Assembly (NCBI GenBank): GCA_051362555.1
Contig: CM120642.1
Coordinates: 3,596,001-3,660,000, forward strand
DNA length: 64,000 bases
From: Lingula anatina
Lineage: Eukaryota; Animalia; Brachiopoda
Direction: 5' to 3'
The notes under the pieces are model-generated. The model saw only the letters and a list, made by a program, of their open reading frames with translations. It was not told the origin of the DNA and did no database searches. Position 1 is the first letter of the stretch; every line of letters starts with the position of its first letter. Below are positions 1 to 14,230 of this stretch, in pieces. Made by a program: the position numbers and the translations under genes.

Positions 1-1326
1 CACTGTGCAATTTTGTTTACTCTAGAAATAACATTTGGCAAGTTGTTAATTGTGAGTGTTGGCATTTTTGTTGGTTCTAATTTGTTTAGATTATGTCAGC
101 TTGATTGGTACTCTTTTCATATTTAATTGTTAAAATAAAAGTCACAAATGGAAAATAATTTTCAAATAGAAGACTAGTTCCGTGTTTGTGAAACCTCTAA
201 GGTCAGTCCTATGGTACCCATTACTTTGCCCTTGCGTTGATCAAGTAATATCAAATTTTCAAAACCACTTGTTGAACCAATCTCCAGATTTATTAAGATG
301 CACTTCCCAAGTACAAGAAATACATATTCATAATAGTTCATTTCATACACATTATCTGCAGTAACCCCACATACTTTCCTATTCCACAGAACATACCAGA
401 AATATGATCTTGATCTTATTTACAAAATGTACAGTTTTATGTACAATGTTGTATCACATGTAAATTTCTCACACCAACACAGAAAATATGAAAACAAGCA
501 ATCTAGAATGCTAAGATTTTAAGCATTGTAAAATGGAACTACATTTACCAAGTTTATCCTTGTCCAAATGTTTCCTTTTTTGCACAAAGTTATAAGAAGT
601 TTGACTCCCTGCCCAGTAAGTGATCAGAATACTTCTTAATATATTTATAAATTGCATCCAATAAACCCATACCAATTGGGTCCATACCTGCATAATATAA
701 CTTTTCCCCAAACTGGTCAAAACTTACAAGAAGCATTTCTTTCTTCCTAAGTTAATTAAAGTAAATGTCTTTCCAGCATATTACTTGAAAGAGTATATTC
801 AGCATTTGTTCACATTTTGTATTCTGGAATATATGATCAAAACCATAACATTTATCATGTGTATTTAAACTACAAGCAGAATGTGAAATATGACACAAAA
901 CCATTCCAGCTACGATGAAAACCATTATTACACTGTACTATTGCTGCCTTGGACAAATGTTTCTATGCAGATGAGTCCAGTTTAATCAGTGCACATACTG
1001 CATCATTCACCTAAGTATGAGGAAACAGGTACAATGCCTCATACAGATTAGTTGACACACACCAGATTCTTGTCTTCTGAGTTAAAAGCGACCCCCAGGT
1101 GCCCGTTTTCAGTGCATATGCTTAACGCGGTATAACATTATGCATATGAAGCAGTGACTTATCACCATTTAAAGATGCTTGAATTTATTTGGCTTGGACT
1201 TTTTTAATATGCAATACAAATTACTTGGTTACGTAAAAGGTTGATAACATCATCCCCTCATATCTGTCATGCATGTCTTCATTAGGTATTTTACACTGTA
1301 CACCAAGCTCTGGTAAAGTCCCAGTC

Positions 1327-4193
1327 CTAGTACGGGCTCCAAACCCTATAGTGATAAAAGTTGCAGAGATACCTGGTAAAATTCCACCCAAATGCTATTG
1401 AAAGGATGTAAAAGATTACCAGTCCCATCATAGGTGAGAGTAATACCTGCGCCTTCTTTAAAAATGGTAAAGCTGAAAAAAGTGAAGATGTCATTAGAGA
1501 TGTCCTTCAAATGTGTAACAAATATTAACCAATAATTAAGAGGTATAGTTATGTGCTAAATATCCAATGTTATTTTTCAGTCATCAATGACCAATGTTAA
1601 CATAGGGACTTACAATCACTACCCAAAGAATTCAAATGATTTTGCATCCACTATCATTCAGTTTCCCAACAAGGTGCCCTCTTTTCTGCTTGTAGCAATT
1701 GTACTGAAAATGACAGTGGCGAGTTCCCAATAGTTTGAAACTCAGGGTGATGACTGGTGAAGAATCAATCCATTGTGGACTTAATACCAGAGATATACGG
1801 GTCCTTTCAGTAAGTTGTCCTTTACACTAACGAAATTGAAAAAGAAAATTATTTCCTTGTGGTCCCTTCTATAATTTGTCTTTCACAAGGATAAAACACT
1901 TCAGAATCTCAGATAAATGCATATGCCCCTTTAAAGCAACCACTGTTGGGCATTAGTAATAGTACAACTCACCACTATATCCCAAAAATGTTATGTACAC
2001 ATAGTATCCCACTGCTACCAGCCACAGCGTATTGCCAAAAAAGTAGGATAAGAAGGACTGATGGTTGGCGTTTATAACTGAAATTTAAGAGGAAAAACTG
2101 TGTTATTTTTCATATCTTTGAAAAGATGCATTAGCTAAATGTTCTTTGTTTTTGCTGAACATGCTCATACTTTTGTCTGAAATATATATTTAAAAATTCA
2201 AAATTGTGCAATTTTTGAAAGTTTCATTCAAAATTATACTGATATCAGATGCAATGCAATTAAAAGAGACCTTAAAAGTAGACATTTTAATTATTTCTAC
2301 CTCTAAACATAACCTTATCATTTGGGATAAGAACTTCAATTAAAACTGTATTAACATTAATTGGAAATGGTTTTTAAACTAGGAAATAACACCAGTCTGC
2401 ATACTTACAGTACAAAAATGGCAGCTGAAAAACATGCAGAATCATGAGCACAGGGAAGAAGGCATTTAAGTGAACGTCAAAAGCATAACCAAACTCCACC
2501 TCCTGGCCTCTGTTTGGAATTGCGACAAGATACCTGTTGGCCACAAACCTAGAGTAAAAATAAATTAAAAACATGTAGGAGAAATGATTTGTTTTTTTTT
2601 TTTACTAATAAAAATCCTTAAACCATAAAGTTCATGCTGAAAATTTTAAGATATGTTTAGAAAATAAAATGTATAGCATGCGCTTAAATTTTTCATTCTT
2701 TATTGTATGAAATCTTATTACTTCCTGTTGAAATTTTATAATTACCAGTACACTTTGTTTTCCTCAAACATGAAAAAATACAATTTTAAATAATATGCAC
2801 TTTTCTGCTTAAAAGCGAGAAAAAATGAGTTAATCATTCCACTGAAAACAAAACAGTATCTATAAATTATAGTAGTTTTCTCACCAGAATATAGAGGCCA
2901 CCAGTAGTCCCATTCCTATACAGTCCACAAATATCACCCAAATAGTAAACTTGAGGAAATTAAAGAAACCAAGACCAAGGACTAGTGCAAAGCCTATAGA
3001 GGACCCTGAAATGAATAAAAATCCATCTTCATTTCTAAAAGCAATTTTCCTTGAAACTATGTCTTTATTAAGGAAGTTTTCGTTATGGTTGCTTTGTCAG
3101 TTTAAGCAACCATGGAACAATGATAAACCTTTTATGTCTTCTCATATTTGGAAAACTATATCAATAATCAAATATAACTAAAGTAAAAAAATGGACTGAA
3201 AACAAATTAACCATTTACTTCCTAATGCATCACTGTCAAAAAAGAGTATTATAACACTTGAAATAACTTGCTTAATTTAATCTATTCACATAGCATATAG
3301 AAAACTTACAACAGTCCTTAAACCAATTTAGACAATGCTGACTTTTAATAATTTTTTAAAACATTATTTCAAACTCCTTTATACGTCTACTCACCACACA
3401 AACAGAAACCTAAAAGCACCAAAAAAGCTGGGTCATCCCTTGCCCACTGGTCCTTGGTTTCTGAAACAGTGATGGCAGTCAAAATAGTGATGGCTGACAG
3501 AATATGAGTAATGATTTACAAAGAGATTTCAAATCGTTCTTTAGATATCTAAAATTCCTGATGCATACAAAACCATTATTTTTCTTTACATCTTTTTAAC
3601 ATCAATCAGCTTTTAGGAGTTAAATGAGTAGAACTCTTCTACAAAAGACAAAACTTACGTTTTCTATACTGAAAATTCCTGTACCTGTCAAGACAAAAAA
3701 TTAACAAATACAAATATGAAATTTCAAAGAAAATAAATAAATAATTTATCATAAAAACATGTGATATAAAGTAGAATAAATGCAATCAAATGTTTGAAAT
3801 ATGGCACCATTCACACGTATCCATCTTAATCTTGACGCCATTTTTATAGTTTAAATTATCTGTTTTATCTGACACCTATTCAACATAATGTCCTGCAAAT
3901 AAAAACATTGCTAATATACAAAAAATGCTACAAAACAATATCTATTATTTCAATACTTACACTTTCTGTGGAGCAATAAACAAATAGATCATCTGCCAAA
4001 AAGCATACTCAAAATCCATCTGTCGAAACTTGAAGAGGCGTTTGAAATATCTGTATTTCTTTGCCGACAAAGCCAGGTCAGAGCACCTCTGGGACATGGT
4101 TGGTGACGTGTGAGATGTATGCATGTTCATATAGAGTGTGGCCTCGCCTGGCTGTGGGGAGGGGGGAGGGGATGTCTTGGTGTAGCTCTGCAT
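1327..4193 (-). CDS. UNC50: UNC-50 family membrane protein; 7 coding exons: 3961-4193, 3659-3684, 3395-3460, 2885-3005, 2409-2548, 1973-2077, 1327-1472
   Basis: Spliced translation gives YFKRLFKFRQMDFEYAFWQM..APQKVYRNFQYRKQTKDQWARDDPAFLVLL..EVEFGYAFDVHLNAFFP..GNTLWLVAVGYYVYITFLGYSALPFLK..GWNFT, the UNC-50 signature motifs; GT-AG introns with matching phases. Confidence 0.95.
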
Positions 4194-4869
4194 TGTGATA
4201 AGCTGTCAGTGTCTCTGGAAAAGAAATAATGAATTTAATTTCTGTTTGATAGAGGTTTGGATTTTGAGCTTTGCTGAAATTGGATTTTGAGCTTTGCTGA
4301 AATTGTAATGAATGTTGAAAGGTGGAAAGTATTTCACCATGCATGTTATCGTTCAGGCCTCCTAGCAGCCCACTTTAAATTTCATGTAAATAGACACATA
4401 ACCATTGCATGTGTCTAATTACTAGTGTCATATCCACCTGTGACTGAAAATTCAACTATTGGAACTATGGGAATAAGGAAACCATCACAATTAGTGATTG
4501 TATGGAACTGTAAAGCCTTAGCTTGGCCGAATGACGAGGGTCTCTTTTCGTTGTTCCTGCTAGTTTGTTGCTTAATCTCCTTATCACTACCTTCAAAGTT
4601 ATACAGTATATATAAGAAAAACTTAAACATGTATGAATGGTGCAAAATTACCCAAATTTTCATTCGAACTCGGTAACTGCGTGTACGCATTTCCCCAACT
4701 GCCGTTGCGATCCCATATCGGAATCATAACCCAGATTTAGTGAAAATTTTTATTAAAATATGAGAAAATGGTCAAACCTCGATCAAAGCTTGCTCCACTT
4801 CAAACTGCTAAGCGCAGACTTTACTAACTTCGCATAGGAGTCATATCTTGCCAAGTTGACATCTCTAAC

Positions 4870-4910
4870 TCGGCAACTCTGCGCATGTCCATAGGCTAAC
4901 TTCCGTCTAT
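4870..4910 (-). promoter_or_regulatory. Putative UNC50 promoter with partial NRF1-like TGCGCATG and ETS-like ACTTCCG motifs
   Basis: Motifs at about 4880 and 4899 in a CpG-containing patch about 0.7 kb upstream of the ATG; housekeeping-promoter pattern. Confidence 0.35.
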
Positions 4911-6652
4911 AGCACCTGGTTCCGAGTTATTTTGGTTCTTTTCAAAGGCCATATAACCGAAGGTTATATCAAAGCACATGTAATTGTTGATATTATTTAT
5001 CTATATTCAATTTAAGAAAATATTTATTATTTATCATTTATTATTTATTAAGAAAAAATATCATGTGCAACAGATATTATAAAGGAGTACAAAAAAGTAT
5101 AATGCAAGCTACAGGTAGGCTTCCTTCTAAAGAGACGCGGTTTTCAGATTAGTTCCGAAAAGATACTGTCCACGAGGTTATGGTCTACAAAGAACACGAT
5201 TAATAACCGCAACCCTGATAATGGGTAAAAGGAAATCGTCGTTTGAGCCAACGATTTTTTTCCATAAATAAAAATTGAAAAACTCTCTATTACGCTCTTG
5301 TAAATATTATTCAATGACTTCATTTATGTTAAGTAAATTTTCTTGATTCACACACACACACACACACACCCACACACACAAAAATATATATATATTGTTC
5401 TAATTTTGTTACAAGGATAATTTATTCAACAGTATAACAGTATATATTAACCGTCCTGGGTCTGTGGGTTTCAAATGCTTGAGTGAAAGTTGTAAAAACG
5501 ACTTGAAAATTCTGAAAAAGTAGCTTGCAATTTCTCATCGCATTTCGACCATGTGAAAAAAAAAAAAAACTTTCATGCAGACTGGAAATCAGGCATAATA
5601 CTGCCCCCTTCCCCCCCCCCCACCCCCCCTTTTCATGCAGATGCCAATGGAAAGCTAATGGGCTTACTTTGGTAATTCGTGCACAATGTAGGCCCACTTC
5701 TCCGTCAGCGGCCAACTAATTATAGGCCTATAAAAAATTCTTGCAGCACAGAAAAGTGCAGGTATGTAATAGATAGACGCCGAGTCAGCAAGAGTTATGT
5801 GGCATACACGAGTGCATAGCATGAGTCCTCACAGAGGGTAAACACATCGTAGGCAGTCTATAGTTTATATATCCCTTCTTCCACCCTGCACCAGTGTATA
5901 AATGTGAAGATGTAGCATTTTTACCGTTTACACTTTTTTCTACCATAAATAACAGATGCCTTTCGACAACTAGCTTGTTAAAAATTCAGATGCCATTAAA
6001 TAACATGTCAAGAACAAGTCACAACCATGTTTTACAAGCTACCGCGGTAGTAATTAATGGACTGCATGAGGCAGTAAATGTGTATCAAGAATACAGCCCA
6101 AATCTATTATAACAATGCCTAAAACCATGATCAATATTGAGAATTGAATGTCCAAAACCCATAGATGTATATCTATAGGGTCTTTTTTTTTTCAAATTTA
6201 TAAACAAGCAAGTAAATAAAAAAGTGCCCAGCAAAAAACAAACTTATTTTTTAATTTTTTCTTCGCATTGTTATTTACAAGGACTAAAAACAATTCAACC
6301 ATTTACATTTGTGCTTTTTTTTTTTTTTTGCTTATTTTCACTTTCTGTTCTTTCTTTTAGTGTGTGATCTACTTCGGGAGACATTTGCAGCAAATAATTA
6401 TCTTCTTTATGTGAGAAGATGTAAGTAAGTCTCTCGGCATCACCATTGCAAGCACTGTCCAGTCAACATAATATTATACAATAGTGTACCTGTGTATTCT
6501 TAAGTGGTTTGTACCAGTTTTGGTCATTACCACAAAAACATTGTCTATTTCTTCAAACTGAGTAATAAAGCAGCTGTGTACGTCCTGAATTTCACTTCAA
6601 GCTTAAAATTTTTTTTGAAATACTTGTTAAGTATTCTACACTGTAGTTCCTA

Positions 6653-9600
6653 TTATAGTACTATAGGTCCGTAGGCATAACGCCCAAAAGTATCTGGGTC
6701 ATCTGACCATGTGTAGTCTGCATAGACAGCCCTGTAGTGGTAAATGTCCATGTCATACTTCCCATTCTGAATGCAAAAAAAAAAAAAAAAAAAAAAAAAA
6801 ATTAAATCAATCAATAATTAACAATAATATTAATAATAAATAAAATAAATAGTATTCTTATAATAATAAAATGGATGGTTTTAAAAGTCAAATTGATAAT
6901 TTAATCTAATAATAAATTAGGGATTATAATGATGTAACCTGATTTCACAATTAGAGAATTGTATTGAATATCTTTATTTTGAGGATTGCATAAGAGGATT
7001 AAGAAATAGATTATAAAGTCCAGTTAAATGCTTAAGTGACTTGTTTTAAACAATGACACTGGATTATTCCTTTAGGAATGAACCTGAATGCTAATTCTAA
7101 ATTAATTTGAGGATGAATAATTAAAATCATATGAACTGAACTTGGAGGTATTCGATTTACTTAACTATATATACATCCCTTAAATCTTCAATGCCACCTA
7201 TCTACATAAGATTCAAAAACTGACAAGAGGATTGAAACAGATTGTTTTTTAAAAACTCTTCTTACTTTTAAAAAGTAAACTAATCTATTCTGATCACCTC
7301 TGTTAAATGTGCCAGGTGCTCTATAGCTGTAGCCACATCCACGGGATATCTTCTATCAAATTTGGTCCAAAATTCACTGTATTCCTCAGCATCAATTACA
7401 CCATCCTCTGAAATATAATATATACATTCTTGCAATTTCATACACTATATATCATTTATTTACACATTATTGCTGAGTTGTTGTATAATGAATAGTATTT
7501 ATGTTTATATATATTGTCACCAGATGCATGTGACATATAAGCTGCAGAGTATAAGGATATAAAAGGAGTGTTAAAATCAGTTTCCAAATCATAGAGCTTT
7601 GAATAAGGCATTATTACTACATGAAAATAAATTAAAAAAAGAATTACGTCCTTTTATTCCAAGTTTGTGTTCATTAAATAAAACTCAACTGTTTGGTGCT
7701 TATGTATAATGCTAGTGCCTAACCATATTATCATACTTATTTGAAATTCATTTCCTTGGGAGTTGTTTTATCTGCTAAAATGCATTCCAAAAATGTTATC
7801 CATGATCCTATTTACAAGATAAATGTATCACAGAAAATGTAACAAACCCCTGTTAAAATTTTGGAGCAGATAAAATGGCTTTGATTATCTTTTTAATGAT
7901 ATGAGCACAAAAAGATATTGAATAAAATCTAAGACGGTAACATTGTACAGGTACTAAAATGAGTGAAGAGAAGAACAAACAGGATGGTAAAACATATGTG
8001 CACAAAAATCTTATTTATTTAGGATCCTGCCTTACTTTTGGTGTCCATCAAGTCAAACAAAGTGTCTGCCATGGTAAGGAGAAATGTGGGCAAATTATCA
8101 TGGTTTTTGGCATGAACGTTGGCTGTGATGCTGAAATAAGAAGTGAAATAGACTTAATGATTGTAAATAGACTGCAATTAACTCTGAATGTTAACCACTT
8201 ATTAACAGAATAACATGAAAATTGAGTACACATGTTAGACAGTTTTGCAGTTAGAGCTGGGATTTTAAAAAAAATCATTCTGAAGAAAGGATACTTTTTC
8301 ACTATTTTCCCATATCTTTTTAAAAATAACAATATATTCCAGATGGGCATAGCAATTTATATAGGCTGTGGACAAAACTGTCATTTATATTCAGCTCATC
8401 TTATTTTGCTCTTTGCCAGCTGGTAAAGCAACTTTTTCAGCTCTTTATTAAAAAATCAGACCCTGCCACCTTTTTACTATAAGCTGTACCCACTTTGGAT
8501 AGTAATGCAGCCATTCCTCAAGCGAAAGCTGTCCATCTGCATTTTCATCCATAAAATTGAGCATCTGCTGCCAGTGGGATTCAAATTCCACTTCAAAGGC
8601 TTTCAAAAGAGGGTCATCATCACTGAGATCATATGCTTCCTTGATTTTCTAAAATGAACTTATCAAAGTGAAAATGGAGAAAATTTTTTAAATTTTCAAT
8701 AAGGGTTAAAATGGACGGCCGAGACTGTAACTTGTATGAATGCAAATAGAGCCTAGTTTATTTGTCTGAAAATGAAAGATGGCACCACTCCATATTAACC
8801 AAAAATGCAAACTGATAAATCAAATATAATTATAGAAAATATTTTAATAAGTTCCAGCATGATTTTAATCATATAATCTTAAATGCATGCCTTACTTTCA
8901 GTAATTTGGAAAAGAGTCTGTAAATTAATATGGATAGATTATAACTAACAATTCCCTAATAGATATAATTCCTTCTTTATATAAGTAAATAATTAATCCT
9001 GAAAGTTAGTCAAGCTCTTCACGTAGGTGTATTCATCAGACTGTGGTCACAGGATTGTCACCTAGGTGTCACTGCTGACACTGGCAAATGACAGCATTAT
9101 TATTTTACAATCTAAATAAGTTTCAATTTTCATGAATAATAACACTTACCGCTATGTAATTGTCATAGTCTTCACGTTCCACAAAACCATCATCATCTAT
9201 ATCTGTAATCAAATAAAACGTAACTTTGCCGGACTAAATTGCTTAATGTTTCAAGACTAGAGGTTCAACTGCATTTGCTGCAATATTTTTACAGTCAGCA
9301 AAAGTTTGAAGAACCATGTGTTTTGTAAGGCATTGCTACATGTTGTATGCAAATACTGTACTGCTTTGTAATGTGCTTTATGTAGTGTGTTATATGGTCT
9401 TATAAAAAAGATACAATAATAACAAAAAAAGTATCTCTTAGAAGAAAGGGTATATGAGGGACAGAAATTGACTCCCCCTTGATAATAACTGCAATACATC
9501 ACTGTACTTTGTATGTATATGTTAGATCAGCCATAGGAAATATAATCCTTTCAATTTTATCATTTCCTGATATCTGTATGCTAAATAGTTGCAGTTCAGA

Positions 9601-10309
9601 AATCAATACGATATTCATGCAATACTCAAATTTCTTTGTTTTAACAGAATATAATTACATTTTGGGAAAGAATTTTACCCGACTGTATATGGAAACCTAA
9701 GGCAATACCTACCATACAAGAAAAATTTCCGTTTCAGCTTTGATTTTTGAAATTCATTCAACTGTTCCACTTTTTCTGTCATGGTGCGTACCAGCGTCAG
9801 AGCAGCAGGTCGAGATACTAAAATATATACCTAATAATTCAATACAGATTCCAGAAGAGAATCAAATTACTTAGCATTAAAACTCAAATCATTCACGCTG
9901 TAAATGCCAAATGCCATAAAACAAAGAAATGAAAATTAAAAGGAGTTTCTTAAATTTTTTTTAAAAATTTGATATTTGAATTGGGGCAACTTAAAATAGA
10001 CAAAAAAGTTTAAATCTCTCCAAGTGGTCATATTTCAGAAATGGCCATTATACTCCATATAATTTATCAATAAAGTAAAAAATAAGGATATCACAGTTTC
10101 TTTGTCTTTGAACAAGGATCTATGTTTTTCCCTCCATCAAGGACACTGAAAATATGTCAGAAAATGCTTGGCCTATGTTTGAGTAGAGTCAGGAGGGCCT
10201 TTTACATTACCAATTCAGGGAGGTACCCCAACTTACCAAGCTTCCTTACATGACTGCCTACTGCCGTCCTCACCATGAGAGGAAAGATTCCAGATGCCGC
10301 TCGCAGCAT
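6653..10309 (-). CDS. Sarcoplasmic calcium-binding protein / calexcitin-like EF-hand protein with N-terminal presequence; exons 10237-10309, 9713-9817, 9150-9202, 8494-8648, 8036-8130, 7298-7407, 6653-6766
   Basis: Not in the ORF track. Splicing gives LNEFQKSKLKRKFFLY-DIDDDGFVEREDY (EF1), DENADGQLSLEEW (EF2), LFDLM-DTKKDGVIDAEEY (EF3), a degenerate EF4 and the C-terminus SDDPDTFGRYAYGPIVL, typical of the SCP/calexcitin family. Confidence 0.88.
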
Positions 10310-13300
10310 TTTCTTCTAAAACAAATTAAAAATACAAAACATAGATTTTGTTATGTTGTGAAGTTCTACTTGATGCAAAAGCACAACTGAATCATGTGGG
10401 TTTGTTGAACTTACTAGTAATCTGACAAAGATAGTATCTACTGTGTAAATCAAAGCTCAAGATTTGTGGTTCAGATAGTCTCCCATGCTTGGTCAATAGA
10501 AATAATTTATCTTAACAGATATTTTGCAGCTTGAGTATTTAATAATGTCCCTAAAACTGATGGCTACTAGCAAACATCATACCTAAAGACTCATAATCAT
10601 GATACAAATGGGCATAAATTTAGATAAAAACAAGATGGTAATGCAAACTTAGGACTGGATTATTATATGATTTATTGTAATGTTTTTTTTTAAAGTTGCC
10701 CTGACCCCTACATCACACATTTGCCCTACTTTTTTACAGGCATATAACAAAGGTGACAGCAAGCACCCTAAAGGTTATATGAAAAACAAGTGCAGTATGT
10801 AATACCAAGAAGTTATAACTTCTTGGTAATACAGACTGCATTCACATATATTATACTTGCTCATAACATCAAGACTGGTCCACACATATTTTTTTCTTCT
10901 TAACCTACAAATTTTACACACATAACTACTATTACATATCTGAATATGAATAAACCATTTTAATTATTGATCTATCTCATTTTGATCAAAAGTTATTCAA
11001 GTTTTAGTGACACCACGTCTGTAATATTTTTCAGATGTCAAAAAATGTTGACCCACTTATTTTCACCCCTTAAAATGCCATAAGAACTTGGAATTTGCCA
11101 CATAATGAGTAAATGAGCTAAGGGCATGAACATACATTTAAGAGAAAGAATTTGGGAGCACAGATGAGTACACTATGGGAAATACAAATTGATTAAATGT
11201 TTCTTCCAAAACATACATATATCTAGTAGGACTTAAAATCTTAACAATGGTTGAATGGTAAAAAGGAGGGGGGAGGGGCAACAAAAAATTACAAAATACA
11301 TATTTTCCTACATTTCTTCATATATCTAACATGCTAGTGAAAAACTTAAGTGCATTTGCTAACACACCTGGCATATATGTACAGTACCCTAGCTGTCTTG
11401 TCCCCTTTTGCAGTCTTTTTTTATTTAAATCTAATTTAAAAGTTTGACTCAACTTAAAAGTTTGACTTATTATGGCAGTTTGTGTAAACAATCAAACTAG
11501 CGACACTTATTATCTGGTGTTCCCTGTAACAAGAGTAGAATTTCTACCAAACTGCATGGTGTAACATTAAATGACAAACAACCCTATAAACAATGGGGAG
11601 CCCCCCCCCCCCCCACCTCCCCCAGAAGATGTGGCCTACATGTAGGCCTATTACAAGAGGTAGTCAACAACAAATCATGCAATAAACATTTAAAAAAAGT
11701 TTTGATCTTATTTAAAATAACGAACTGAACACTGCAGCCTTTGTAGGCAAAACCCCTTTCCACTCCGAGATTCCTGTCATCAAAATTCTTGCCATCAATT
11801 TTCAGCCATGTAACATCTGTATTTATGCTGATGCCGTTTACCCCCCGATTTGAACAAATCACATAATGCCCGGCGGGAAAGTTTAGCTTCATTTGTCCTT
11901 ACCATCCACTAATGATATGCGACAAGCTGTACTACTTTTAAAAAGACAGTCACAACAATACATTGTACCGGTTTTTACGTACAGGCCTGCTGCCAAACGT
12001 AAATTTAACTGTAGCCTTCAACGTACTGCAATTAGTCTTGATTTCAACTCTACTGATTTCACGCCACGACTTCCAATTACATCACATGTGATTATAAGCA
12101 GAACAGAATTTATCCAGGCCAAGAACTAACACTGTGTAACAAGATAACCCTGCAAAATTTGCTGCTAACGCCGGCAGGTCACTCACCGTCAAAGTGATCA
12201 GCTGTCCAGACCCAAGAAGAGAAGAAACTAGGTCACTAGTTTTGGATTCATCTAGGCCTGTCACACTTTATGGGGGGGTCTTTGAGAAGATGATTAATTT
12301 TTTACTTGTTAAAACAATAAATGGCTTTGTATATTATAGTGACACATTTGTGAAAATTGGAGCACAAATGCCAATCTCTAATTACGAGTGCACGTGATGA
12401 TGACCCATATCTGGCCACTGCTGACCTTTAGTTGACCAGCGTAGTGGACTGTTCGGACTGTTCAACGTCTCAATCTGCAATGTATAAAGTCCACAATATA
12501 TTTGTCATTTAAAGTTACCCTGATATAAATATGGTATTTATTATCATACGCTTTTCAAACGTGAATCTGCGTATTAAAGGTGGTAGGATATATAATTACA
12601 AGACAGGTAAAATTACAAGGCAGGTAATTGCAGGTACTGGACAACAACATGGTCAACGTTCGGCCATGTTTATTTGTGTCTGCAGTCAGCTGACCAAGCA
12701 ACAGCTACTGCTGAGATTGAGGCACGTGATCCAACTACTGAAAGTATACAATAACAATACAATGCGTATCAGCAATTAGCCATAATCCGGTTGCTTTCTT
12801 TTGAAAACGGTCCTTAAGTTGGTCAGTTATGGAATATGTATATTTATGTTAAAGGACTATTTCAAGCACTTTTTTTTTTTTTGGGGGGGGGGGGGCAAGG
12901 GAAAGATTCGCGTCCTCAAGAAAGGCTGTGTCTAAAAAGATAAAAATATTGAATAAAATGAGGATGTTGGGGAAGGTCTGAAAGATAGTTTATTTTCCAT
13001 TATTAGTAAGTCCATATTCACGTGTATGGTTTGAATGAGAGTCCAATTGGGTATTTTCGTTACCAGCGAAAGCCTCTTTTTTATTTCCCGAGAAGCGTGA
13101 GTTTCTTTTACCGTGATTTGTGAATTCATGATTTTATTTCAAGTGAACTAGTGTACTGTGATGACTACCCCAAAAGGGACCCTCCTGAATTATAATTATT
13201 AAACCACGCTTGGCTGTACATGTCATGCACCCTTCTATACATTCTACTAGTACGGATTCTAATTTTATCGACCATTTGTGAAGCAATGAGAGCCATCCTA

Positions 13301-14230
13301 GATTCCCACCCACATAAATAATTAAGGTTTTAGGGTCGTAGGTTATTATAAATATGCAGGGGGTCAAAAGACGAAAAAGTTTCTTTTGTGGTGTTACCCG
13401 TCTCCTTCATTCCAGTTGTAGCTAGTAGTCTATTACTTTCTTTTCAGTCTGTGCCTAGATGAAGAGGATGGCGAGTCGGCTGATGAGCTCGAGTACGTAC
13501 CGGTACATGTACCTACCATCTACCAGGGCGAGAGATAGATTTTTTACAGATATTCACAGATATGTCTCTAGCTAGATAGATGGTCATTTAAAGCTCAACT
13601 CAGAGTTTATAAGTCATAAACATTTTGCCATAAGATAAAATATCGCCTTTGTGATGAATTAAACAAATTAATGTGTTATTTTTCATAATTTGATATCGAC
13701 ATCACGATTTCATCGAAATTCTTGTTAAATCAACATCTTTGGGAGAAATACAACACAGCAATAACAAACAAAATTTTATAATCATAAAATTTCGAAATAC
13801 ATTTCTATCATATCAGACTAAAATAAACAGAAAGAGTTAATTCGCATTTACCACGTGCGTTCCTACCAAGTGTGATCTAGCTCTTTAAAAGTCTAAGGGG
13901 GCATTTTTTAAACAAAAAAACCGTGGTTTGAGATTTATTGCTATTATTACTAAAATTTGCTAACTATTTAAGATGTGAGAGAGTGCATACGTGTGTGTGT
14001 GTGTGTGTGTTGCGTTAGCACCAAGGTAAGTGATGAAATATCTACGGGTATTTTCCATTCAAAAATTCGCCAATGGAGTCTTTGAACAGTAGAAAATAAA
14101 TCTGGGAGCGACACATGACCGGTAAGTACTGAAACTGAACTCATCGCCACTTTATAACAGGACGTCTGCCATTACATATATTCTGATACAAGTTTCGCAG
14201 CCGAAGACTATTCAAGTCCTTCTCATCATT

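Noticed and set aside
13155-13370. C-box-like GTGATGA suggesting a snoRNA
   Set aside because: No suitably placed D box or terminal stem; the region looks like a decayed inverted-repeat element
13470-13540. CTGATGAG, the hammerhead ribozyme core
   Set aside because: No stem II followed by GAAA, and no closing helices
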